Below are positions 50,112-59,144 of a DNA stretch of 64,000 nt, in pieces. Position 1 is the stretch's first letter. Every line of letters starts with the position of its first letter. The stretch is from an uncultured Bacilli bacterium (lineage in GTDB: Bacteria; Bacillota_I; Bacilli_A; RF39; UBA660), in contig CANRAH010000003.1 in the NCBI GenBank assembly GCA_947628565.1, positions 28,047 to 92,046 on the forward strand. Direction: 5' to 3'. Position numbers and translations under genes: made by a program. The notes beneath the pieces are model-generated. The model had not been told where the DNA came from. It made no database searches and saw nothing but the letters and a program-made list of their open reading frames with translations.

Positions 50112-51071
50112 ATGAATGATGATAAGGTAAAAGTGTTTTACAAAATGTTAGAAAAAATTTCGAAAGATTCACAAGAACATTTAATGTATAAAATTTTTTA
50201 TAGTATTAATGATTTAGATAAATCGATAGAATTTCTAAAGAAATTAGAAATGCTTCCTAAGAATAGTTTAAAAATGTTGCTAGCTTATTATACTGCAGAT
50301 CAAAAAAAAGTAACTTTAGAGTTAGAGGATAATGAAACTTATAATTCAATATTAAAAAAAGGTATTAAACTTTCACAAGAACTTGGATTATCAAATTCAT
50401 TAGAATTATGCATTTTATATACATATTTACTTTGGAATGGCTATTTTTCAACAACAAAAGTTAAACCTTTTGAAGGAAAAGTTGTATCAAATCCTTTTTC
50501 ATATAATGATGAAAAAAATATCGGAATATGTTTAAATTATAGTGATTTATTAAAAGATTTCATAAATATGTCTAAATATTCTTCAGCTATTATTGTTAAT
50601 AAACCTTCTAATATAAAGATAAATTATTCGCCAGAAATTATGAGAAATATAAAGGTAAATATGTTAAAAGCAATGAAAAAGAATTTATCATTTCACGCTA
50701 ATTTATGTGCGTCAAATTTAGTAATCGATAAAGAAGGCGCTTACATATATGATCCTACAAATATTCTTTTGTTTGAATTAGAAAATGTTAAAAAAGCAAA
50801 ATTAATTAATGGAGAAGGAACGTGCAAAATTAATTCATATTATACACACATTTATAATTTATCAAAAAAATCTAAATCAACATTAGATTATATGTATTTT
50901 TCAGATAATTTAAAATCACCATATTCTAGAAAAGATTTTATATTTTCATTTGAAATGTGTATGGAATTATTTAAAGATAATATTAAATTAATATATGATT
51001 ACTATAAGGATATTTATAAAGAACTAAAAAATTTAAATCTTAAACAAGAAAAATATACTTTAAAAAAATAA
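50112..51071 (+). CDS. hypothetical protein
   Basis: 319-aa soluble ORF with no recognised family. The conserved-looking GICLNYSD (Cys) and SFHANLC (His) positions weakly suggest a papain-like fold. Confidence 0.4.
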   Translation: MNDDKVKVFYKMLEKISKDSQEHLMYKIFYSINDLDKSIEFLKKLEMLPKNSLKMLLAYYTADQKKVTLELEDNETYNSILKKGIKLSQELGLSNSLELCILYTYLLWNGYFSTTKVKPFEGKVVSNPFSYNDEKNIGICLNYSDLLKDFINMSKYSSAIIVNKPSNIKINYSPEIMRNIKVNMLKAMKKNLSFHANLCASNLVIDKEGAYIYDPTNILLFELENVKKAKLINGEGTCKINSYYTHIYNLSKKSKSTLDYMYFSDNLKSPYSRKDFIFSFEMCMELFKDNIKLIYDYYKDIYKELKNLNLKQEKYTLKK

Positions 51072-51139
51072 CAATTTACCAAAAATAAAATATATTTATT
51101 TTTTAATTAAAATATAGTATAATGAAATAGGTGATTGAT

Positions 51140-51451
51140 TTGAGAATAGAATATTTAATTATTATTATAGTATGTCTAATAATAGCTATAGCAATTACAA
51201 GGTCAAAAAAGAAAGATTTTAAACTTGAAGCAAATAAATTAATAATGCTATTGGGTGGAAAAGATAATGTAATAAATTATGAGTTTAATAAATCTAGATT
51301 TATAGTTAATTTAAAGGATGTATCGAAAGCAAATAAAGAGGGAATACAAAAGATGGGCGCACAAGGAATTGTCGAAATAGATAATCAACTTAAGATAATT
51401 TTAGGCCCTAATGCAAAACAAATAAAAAAGCATATAAATGAATTAAGGTGA
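51140..51451 (+). CDS. membrane-anchored PTS EIIB-like domain protein (degenerate, no phospho-Cys)
   Basis: A TM helix followed by LLGGKDNVINYEFNKSRFIVNLKD...GAQGIVEIDNQLKIILGP. This resembles the glucose-type EIIB fold, but the CxTRLR cysteine is replaced (NKSRF). The start is TTG or GTG. Confidence 0.4.
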   Translation: MRIEYLIIIIVCLIIAIAITRSKKKDFKLEANKLIMLLGGKDNVINYEFNKSRFIVNLKDVSKANKEGIQKMGAQGIVEIDNQLKIILGPNAKQIKKHINELR

Positions 51452-51454
51452 TAT

Positions 51455-53000
51455 TTCGTCACTTTTTTTCATTTTTCGACAAGTTTCGACAAAATATTTT
51501 GATATCATCAATATGGTGACTAACTATAAAAAGTCAAGTCATTTTCTCAAAAATTTTAAAAAGCTTTTTGTTCCACGTCAAAAAGATTTCACAAAGTGAA
51601 ATTTTTGAAAAATTGAGGAATCAATTATTTCAATAAAGACGGGTCAAAATCATTGTTGTATTTCTCAAGAGAGTAAATAACTCTAATAAGTTTTTTACAA
51701 ACGTGAGATAAAGCAACGCGATGACATTTACCTTCAGAACGTTTCTTAAGATAATAGTCATAAAAAGTTGGTGAATATCTTAAAACTAACATGGCAGTAT
51801 TCATAAGAGAATATCTAAGATGACCGGAACCATGTTTAACCATCTTTCCATTAAAATGTAAAGTGCCAGATTCAATAATACTAGGTTCAAGACCAGCAAA
51901 AGCTAACATTTTATTTGGACTAGAGAAATTAGAAATAATTCCATATTCAGACAAAATAGAAGCAGCAGATAATTCACCTAATCCAGGAATGGATAACATT
52001 CTAGGATTTAGTTCTTTGATAATTGTTGAAATTTGTTTATTTATTGGATCAATTTTATCATTAAAATTGTTAATAAGAGAGACATAAGTAGAAATGAGTA
52101 AATCAGAATTATCATCAAAATAACCAATGGTATTTTTAGCAAGTTCTTTTAATTTAGCAAATTTAGCATAAGAAAATTTACCATGAGAGGCTTTTCTTAA
52201 AGAATCATAATCTTTCATTAAAGCGATATGAGAAGCATTTTTATACTTATCTAAAATGAATAAAAGAGAGTTAGAAATTATATTGTTAAAAAAAGGCTTT
52301 AATTCAGGGAAAGACTTGTCTAACTCATTAGTTAGTAAAACTTCAAATTTACTTCTTTCTTTAATTAATATTTCTCTACTTCTACATAGTGACTTTAATG
52401 TATAAATGTTGTATAATAAATACGAATTTGGTTTGTAAGGAACAGACATAAGATAATTTGCGATAGAAATACAGTCGGCTTTATCAGTCTTAGTTCTACG
52501 TAAGCTACGAGCTTTTAAAAACTGATGAATGACAAGAGGATTGATTTTCATAAAAGAAAGACCTTGATCAATTAAAACCAGTTCCAAATTCAAAGAATAA
52601 TGTCCAGTTGCTTCAAAAGCAATGCGGACATCTGATTTATTATAAGGTTTCAATTGGTCCAAAAAATATTGAAAACCTTTTTTATTATTATCAAAAGATG
52701 AATTTTCAACAATTACTTGACCTACATTTGAGATAATGCAGAAATCGTGTTTGTACTTTGATATATCAATACCAACAAAATATATCAACAATAAGCACCT
52801 CCTTAATTAGTTTTTTGCACTGATAGTTTGCCACAAGGTTTTTAATCATGTAATCACGTAATTTAATAAAACATCGATTAGTAAAAACTAACGTGTTAAC
52901 TAACTAATTAACAATTAAATTAAAAATCTGTGGTTTGAGTCACCTAGACCAGTCCATAAAAGTGGCTGTAATAAAATAGGAACAAATCCACAGTGCGAGA
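51455..53000 (-). mobile_element. IS110-family insertion sequence (approximate boundaries)
   Basis: A single DEDD-type transposase ORF flanked by roughly 170-bp and 210-bp non-coding ends. These ends are GC-richer than the surrounding DNA and carry no obvious terminal inverted repeats, which is typical of IS110. Confidence 0.5.
51625..52791 (-). CDS. IS110 family transposase (DEDD recombinase)
   Basis: MLIYFVGIDISKYKHDFCII (DEDD/RuvC-like N-terminus), a C-terminal transposase_20 region with the GIGELSAASILSE helix-hairpin-helix, and an AAGGAGGTG RBS. Confidence 0.8.
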   Translation of the reverse strand: MLIYFVGIDISKYKHDFCIISNVGQVIVENSSFDNNKKGFQYFLDQLKPYNKSDVRIAFEATGHYSLNLELVLIDQGLSFMKINPLVIHQFLKARSLRRTKTDKADCISIANYLMSVPYKPNSYLLYNIYTLKSLCRSREILIKERSKFEVLLTNELDKSFPELKPFFNNIISNSLLFILDKYKNASHIALMKDYDSLRKASHGKFSYAKFAKLKELAKNTIGYFDDNSDLLISTYVSLINNFNDKIDPINKQISTIIKELNPRMLSIPGLGELSAASILSEYGIISNFSSPNKMLAFAGLEPSIIESGTLHFNGKMVKHGSGHLRYSLMNTAMLVLRYSPTFYDYYLKKRSEGKCHRVALSHVCKKLIRVIYSLEKYNNDFDPSLLK

Positions 53001-53087
53001 ATTATTATACTTCTAGAAGTATAATAATTCAAAAATATTAATAGAAAGGGATCAATCAATAAGAAATTAATTAATATTTCTATAAGA

Positions 53088-54353
53088 TTGATTATACGTG
53101 ATATTATGAATTTATTTCAATTAGTTTTTTTAGATGTAATACTTCTTACATTTCCTATTTTTATTTATCTTATTTATTTATCTGAAAATAAAAATATAAA
53201 AAGTAAATCTAAAAAAATGTATTATAAATTAGCTCTTATAACATCATTTTTTTTACTTTATAATTACGGTTGGAATAGCCCCAAAAATATTTCATTATTA
53301 GTATTAAATATAATAGTAATATTGTTATATCTAGAGGATTGTTATATATCAAGCAATATTATTTCATTATCTATAGTAGTATTATATAGTACATATTTTA
53401 GTCATACCTGGATATTTTTCATATCATATATACTTATTGCTATTGTGTATATTGTAAAAAAAACATTCAAATTAAACAATATATTTCTTTTAGAAACTAC
53501 AATTTTAATTAATTGTGTATTTTATACATATTGGATATATAGATACAATTATACATATTTTGATTTAAGAAAAATTATATTAGTAATTATCAGTTATGTA
53601 TTTATAGCTAATATTATTTATCAAATATATGAAACAGGAAAATCCATATTAGAAACTCATTTTAAGTTTAAAGAACTACAACAAGAAAAACAAATTAGAT
53701 TGTCATTATTTAAAATAACTCATGAAATAAAAAATCCTATTGCAGTATGTAAAGGATATTTAGATATGATGAATATAAATGATGCAAAACAGGTTTCAAG
53801 ATATGTACCAATAATAAAATCAGAAATAGAAAGACTTTTGAGCTTACTTCAGGACTTTCTACTTATAAATAAAAGTAATTTAGATGTAGATATTATGGAT
53901 ATTAATATGCTAATAGAAGATTCCATATATAAATTAAAACCTATATTAAATGAAAATAATATTAAATTAAGCCTAAATATTTTAGATGATGAAATATTTA
54001 TAAAGGGTGATTATAATAGATTATCTCAGGTACTTATAAATATAATTAAAAATAGTGTAGAAGCTATACCGAAGGGGAATTGTGGTAATATTGTAATTTC
54101 TTCTAAAGTAAAAAATAATAAATATTTTCTTACGATAGAAGATAATGGAATAGGTATGACTAAAGATATATTGAAAAAAATGAAAGAGCCTTTTTTTACT
54201 ACAAAGCTTAGAGGTTCAGGGCTTGGTGTATCGTTGATTTATGAAATATTAGAAGCTCATCATACTAAAATAGAATATCAATCAGAACCTGGTATAGGAA
54301 CAAAAGCTATTCTTCAATTTCCATTATTAGATGAGGCTGACAACATTAATTAA
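53088..54353 (+). CDS. orphan multi-TM sensor histidine kinase
   Basis: Six or seven N-terminal TM helices. The HisKA H-box is ITHEIKNPIA, the N-box INIIKNSVEA, G1 IEDNGIGM and G2 GSGLGVS. No response regulator is adjacent. A TTG start at 53088 or the ATG at 53106. Confidence 0.8.
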   Translation: MIIRDIMNLFQLVFLDVILLTFPIFIYLIYLSENKNIKSKSKKMYYKLALITSFFLLYNYGWNSPKNISLLVLNIIVILLYLEDCYISSNIISLSIVVLYSTYFSHTWIFFISYILIAIVYIVKKTFKLNNIFLLETTILINCVFYTYWIYRYNYTYFDLRKIILVIISYVFIANIIYQIYETGKSILETHFKFKELQQEKQIRLSLFKITHEIKNPIAVCKGYLDMMNINDAKQVSRYVPIIKSEIERLLSLLQDFLLINKSNLDVDIMDINMLIEDSIYKLKPILNENNIKLSLNILDDEIFIKGDYNRLSQVLINIIKNSVEAIPKGNCGNIVISSKVKNNKYFLTIEDNGIGMTKDILKKMKEPFFTTKLRGSGLGVSLIYEILEAHHTKIEYQSEPGIGTKAILQFPLLDEADNIN

Positions 54354-54518
54354 TTTAACAAAAAATTAAAGAAATTTATAAGGATGTGATTAAAAGTTAT
54401 TTATATGCTTAATAGGAAAAAAGATTGAAATATGTTATAATTAGTATTAGGAGAAAAAATATTAATATAAAAATAATTTATAACAATTATATATTTTGAT
54501 AATTGGTATGGTGATAAT

Positions 54519-55277
54519 GTGACAAAAAAAGAGGAACTTTTAGAATCGACGAATGTTGCAAAAAGAGGAATCGAATATAGTGATTTTAACGATATAAATG
54601 ATGATTATTATAAGGCTTATGAAAAGAGATACCAGCAGGTGTATAAACACAATTATCTTTGGTCATCAAAAGAACCTACTTTGGATGTTATTGAAACAAT
54701 ACTTGAAGAAAAAATATCAACAAATGCAAAAATATTAGATCTTGGTTGTGGTGAAGGACGAGATGCTATATATTTATTAAATAAAAATTATGATGTCCTT
54801 GCTATTGATTATTCAAATACAGTTATAGAAAAATGCAAAGAATTATCGAATTATAAATATAATGATAAGTTTAGGCAATTTGATATTATTAATGATAGCT
54901 TAAATGCCAAATTTGACTTTATTTATTCCATAGCTGTTATTCATATGTTTGTTAATAAAGAGCATAGAAATAAATTTTACAAATTTATATATAATCATCT
55001 AAACGAAATTGGTAGTGCTTTAATAGTATCGATGGGTGATGGAATAAAAGAGTATAAATCAGATATAAATAAATCTTTTGATGATGTTGAAAGAGTAGTA
55101 ATTAATAATGATAAAAAAGTAAATATTGCTGCTACGTCTTGTAATATTGTTAATTGGAATACATTTGAAAAAGAACTATTAAGTAATGATTTAATTATTA
55201 AAAGAAAATGGATTTCAAAAAAAGTACCTGAATTTAATTCAGCAATGTGCGTTATTGTTTGCAGAAAAGAAAGATGA
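54519..55277 (+). CDS. class I SAM-dependent methyltransferase (TehB/TPMT-like)
   Basis: Motif I is ILDLGCGEGRDAIYL. The post I/II spacing resembles tellurite/thiopurine methyltransferases. Confidence 0.55.
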   Translation: MTKKEELLESTNVAKRGIEYSDFNDINDDYYKAYEKRYQQVYKHNYLWSSKEPTLDVIETILEEKISTNAKILDLGCGEGRDAIYLLNKNYDVLAIDYSNTVIEKCKELSNYKYNDKFRQFDIINDSLNAKFDFIYSIAVIHMFVNKEHRNKFYKFIYNHLNEIGSALIVSMGDGIKEYKSDINKSFDDVERVVINNDKKVNIAATSCNIVNWNTFEKELLSNDLIIKRKWISKKVPEFNSAMCVIVCRKER

Positions 55278-55394
55278 TAATAAATGCTATATAAATAGAA
55301 TTTGTTGATGACTATTTACCTAAATATAGATACAAGATTATATTGACTAATATAGTCTTTTTTTATATAATAATAAATAGAATAGGGTGGTAAA

Positions 55395-56069
55395 ATGAAA
55401 GGGAAACTAATTGTAATAGAGGGTACTGATTGTAGTGGAAAAGAAACTCAAACTAAAATGTTGATAGAAAAATTAAATTCAAAAAATATAAAGTGTGTAC
55501 GATTTAGTTTTCCAATGTATGATACTCCTACCGGAAAAATAATTGGAGGTCCATATTTAGGCAAGGAATATATTTGTGATTGTTGGTTCGACGAAGGGGC
55601 AATTAATGTCGATCCAAAAGTATCAGCGCTTTATTATACAGCTGATAGATTATATAATATAGATAAAATAAATAATGAATTAAATAAAGGAGTAAACGTA
55701 ATATTAGATAGATATGTATATTCAAATTTAGCCCATCAAGGGGGAAAAATAAAAAATAAAAAAGATAGATTTGATATATATAATTTTTTGCATAAGCTAG
55801 AATTTGAATTTTTGTCTTTACCTCAGGCAGATATAAAAGTATTTTTACATATGCCATATCAAGCAGCACATGTATTGAGGCAAAATAGATTAGAAAAATT
55901 AGATCAACTTGAAAAATCCAAAGAATATTTAATTTCGTCTGAAAAAGCTTATAAAGAAATATCTAAAATATATAATTTTAAGACTATAGAATGTAGCGCA
56001 AATAATACTCCAAAAAAAATAGAAGAAATAAATACAGAGTTATATAATTATGTTATATCAAATTTGTAA
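55395..56069 (+). CDS. tmk: thymidylate kinase
   Basis: P-loop IVIEGTDCSGKETQ, a DRY-like DRYVYSNLAHQ, and a lid region. Confidence 0.75.
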   Translation: MKGKLIVIEGTDCSGKETQTKMLIEKLNSKNIKCVRFSFPMYDTPTGKIIGGPYLGKEYICDCWFDEGAINVDPKVSALYYTADRLYNIDKINNELNKGVNVILDRYVYSNLAHQGGKIKNKKDRFDIYNFLHKLEFEFLSLPQADIKVFLHMPYQAAHVLRQNRLEKLDQLEKSKEYLISSEKAYKEISKIYNFKTIECSANNTPKKIEEINTELYNYVISNL

Positions 56070-56113
56070 TATTTAAATAACTGTGTTATAATTATCGAGT
56101 TAGAGGTGATTAT

Positions 56114-58132
56114 GTGGTAGAGTTTTTTAAAAATTGTTTTAAAAAAATTGTAAAATATTTTAAGACAAATATACTTATGACTACATTTATAATTACATCA
56201 TTAATAAATGGATATATTGTAAGGGCATTTACGGTAAATAATTTTTTTCATTTAAAACCAATACTTGCTGATTTGGTATTCTTGCTTATAGTTACATCAT
56301 TTGGATATTTTATTAAGCCTAAAAATCAGTTTAAATACTTTTTAACAGTTTCTATAGTACTTGTATCGATTTGTTTAATTAATACAGTTTATTATAGTAA
56401 TTATCTATCATTTGCTTCCGTTTCATTTTTAAAAACTGCAACGGAGCTTAAAGGATATACCGATGCAGTATTTGAAAATATATTGGAACTTAAAGATTTT
56501 ATTTATTTACTACAAATATTAATACTTACATTTGTGCATATACAATTAAAGAAAAACAAATATTATGATAAAGTAAAAGAAATAGAAAATGGTAAAGTAA
56601 GATTTTTAAATATGATAGTGGTAGCTTTAATTACTTTAGGATTTTTTATTTCAATGCTTTCATCTAAGGATTTAAGTAGGCTTAACAATCAATGGAATAG
56701 ATCTTCTATTGTTATGGAATTTGGAATATATATTTACCAAGGTAACGATTTATTTTCATCTATAAAAACTACTGTAAATGAAATGTTTGGATATGATGAA
56801 GCATATAAGACGTTTAGAGAATATTATGAAAATGTTGACAGTACTCATGAAAAAAATGATTATACAGATTTATTTAAAGGTAAAAATGTAATTGTTATAC
56901 ACGGTGAAAGTATTCAAGGCTTCACTATGAATTTAAAATTTAATAATGAAGAGTTAACTCCAAATTTAAATAAAATGGCAAGTGAAGGTATATATTTTTC
57001 TAATTTTTATTCAGAAGAGAGTGTTGGAAATAGTAGTGATAGTGAATTTACTTCTTTATCTTCTCTTTTACCATCATCAAGTGGAACAGTATTTATGAAC
57101 TATTTTAATAGGGATTATGAAACAATTTTGAAACTCCTTAAAGAAAAAAATTACTATACATTCTCAATGCATGCTAATAGAGGAGATGCTTGGAATAGAC
57201 AAGTTACATATAGATACTTAGGATATGATGATTTTTATTATTATACTAAAGATTATGAAATGGATGAGAAGATAGGCTTAGGATTGTCAGACAAATCATT
57301 CTTCAGACAATCTATAGAAAAAATAAAAGATATAAGTGCTTCTCATAATAATTTTTACGGAACTTTAATAATGCTTACAAATCATACTCCATTCAATATA
57401 GGAGATAACAGTTCATATAGTGTTGATTATATAACTAATGAAGTAAATAGTGAAACAGGCGAAACTATAGAAGTTGTTAATGAATGGCTTGAGGGAACTA
57501 AGATGGGAAATTATTTAAAATCAGTTCATTATGCTGATGAAGCAATTGGTGAATTGATGCAAGGATTAGATGAAGCTGGAATTTTAGATAATACAATTAT
57601 AGTTTTATACGGCGACCATGATTCTAAATTAAAACCATCTGAGTTTAAAAAATTATATGAAAGTGAGTATTATCAAGACGTACTTATAGATCCAGAAGAT
57701 ACAGTTGGAGTAATTGATGATTTTACATATGAGATAAATAGAGAAGTACCACTTATAATTTGGTCAAAAGATATAATAGGAACAAAATATAATAAAGAAA
57801 TTACAGAAGTTATGGGCATGATAGATGTAATGCCAACACTTTCAAATATGCTTGGAGTATCTCCAAAATATAATCTTGGTAATGATATATTCAATGTCGA
57901 TGAAAATGTTGTTGTATTCCCTAGTGGAAATTTCATAACAAATAAATTATATTACAATAGTTCGAAAGAATTATTTAGACAATTGGATTTAGATGCTTCT
58001 ATTGAAAAGGATTATATAGATTATTATAGTAAATATGCTGAGAATTTAATAAATATTTCAAATGGTATAATTACATATGATTTAATTAAGGCCTTTGAAA
58101 CAGGAGAAGAAACACAAATAAAGGGAACTTAG
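56114..58132 (+). CDS. ltaS: LTA synthase family protein (sulfatase-domain phosphoglycerol transferase)
   Basis: 672 aa with five N-terminal TM helices and an extracellular alkaline-phosphatase-like/sulfatase domain (IHGESIQG, SMHANRGDAWNR, LYGDHDS). Confidence 0.7.
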   Translation: MVEFFKNCFKKIVKYFKTNILMTTFIITSLINGYIVRAFTVNNFFHLKPILADLVFLLIVTSFGYFIKPKNQFKYFLTVSIVLVSICLINTVYYSNYLSFASVSFLKTATELKGYTDAVFENILELKDFIYLLQILILTFVHIQLKKNKYYDKVKEIENGKVRFLNMIVVALITLGFFISMLSSKDLSRLNNQWNRSSIVMEFGIYIYQGNDLFSSIKTTVNEMFGYDEAYKTFREYYENVDSTHEKNDYTDLFKGKNVIVIHGESIQGFTMNLKFNNEELTPNLNKMASEGIYFSNFYSEESVGNSSDSEFTSLSSLLPSSSGTVFMNYFNRDYETILKLLKEKNYYTFSMHANRGDAWNRQVTYRYLGYDDFYYYTKDYEMDEKIGLGLSDKSFFRQSIEKIKDISASHNNFYGTLIMLTNHTPFNIGDNSSYSVDYITNEVNSETGETIEVVNEWLEGTKMGNYLKSVHYADEAIGELMQGLDEAGILDNTIIVLYGDHDSKLKPSEFKKLYESEYYQDVLIDPEDTVGVIDDFTYEINREVPLIIWSKDIIGTKYNKEITEVMGMIDVMPTLSNMLGVSPKYNLGNDIFNVDENVVVFPSGNFITNKLYYNSSKELFRQLDLDASIEKDYIDYYSKYAENLINISNGIITYDLIKAFETGEETQIKGT

Positions 58133-58207
58133 ACAAAAAGTTCTCTTTTTTTTATAAAAATATAGTAGTTATTTTTTCATTGTGTTATAATGGATACGGA
58201 GGGTTGT

Positions 58208-59143
58208 ATGGCAAAAGTAACTAAAAAAACAAATGAAATAGAAAAATTGGGCATCGATAAAGATGCTATAATAAAAGAAATAAAAGGTGAAATAAAAGAA
58301 CAAGTATTGGATGAACTTTCAAAAGAAATAGAGTATGAAACTCGAAATAAATTAGATAAGATGGAAAAAAGAATATATAAATATAAAAATTTCTCTATAT
58401 TAAAAAGAAATGTTATTATATTAATATTTTTAGCCGTAATTATATTTGAAACGAAAATACTTTATGATAATAAATTACTATATGGTCAAGCTAAGGAAGA
58501 AAATGATCAAATAATAGAAAATAGCAATAGTGATGACGATAATCAAAATACCTTAGATAAAGATTTAAATTGGTATATAGATAAATATAAATATTTACTT
58601 GATAATATTAAAACATCATTAAATGATGATTCATATTACTTATACAAAAATGATTTAACAAGAGATACTATCGATAATAAAGTTAAATTAAATATGGCAT
58701 ATGAATTACTTGATAAATCATCATTTATAGATAATGGAGTTATCAGAGTAAATGAGGACAAATTGAAAAATTCATATAAAAAAATATTTGGTGAGATAGA
58801 TAGTTATACTCCAGAAAATTTTAGTAGTAATTGTATAAATTTTATATATAATGATTCTTTAAAAAGCTATATAGCTATCAATGAAACTTGCAATAAAAAT
58901 GAAGAAGAGATTTTAAGAAAAATCACAAATATAACTTTAGAGGATAATAGATTAATATTTGAATTGAGTGTTGGAATATTAAATCTTGAAAATAAAAATT
59001 TAACTAATATTAATGGTGATATTATCGAGGAAAATTATTCAAATGATATAGATGATATAGCAGATAGATTAAATAAATATGAATTTATATTTGAACATAA
59101 AAATGATGAATATTATATTAGTGAAATAAAAAGGATAGGTTAG
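58208..59143 (+). CDS. hypothetical single-pass membrane protein
   Basis: A cytoplasmic coiled-coil N-terminus, a TM segment (NVIILIFLAVIIF), then a roughly 230-aa extracytoplasmic domain. No family recognised. Confidence 0.45.
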   Translation: MAKVTKKTNEIEKLGIDKDAIIKEIKGEIKEQVLDELSKEIEYETRNKLDKMEKRIYKYKNFSILKRNVIILIFLAVIIFETKILYDNKLLYGQAKEENDQIIENSNSDDDNQNTLDKDLNWYIDKYKYLLDNIKTSLNDDSYYLYKNDLTRDTIDNKVKLNMAYELLDKSSFIDNGVIRVNEDKLKNSYKKIFGEIDSYTPENFSSNCINFIYNDSLKSYIAINETCNKNEEEILRKITNITLEDNRLIFELSVGILNLENKNLTNINGDIIEENYSNDIDDIADRLNKYEFIFEHKNDEYYISEIKRIG

Positions 59144-59144
59144 C

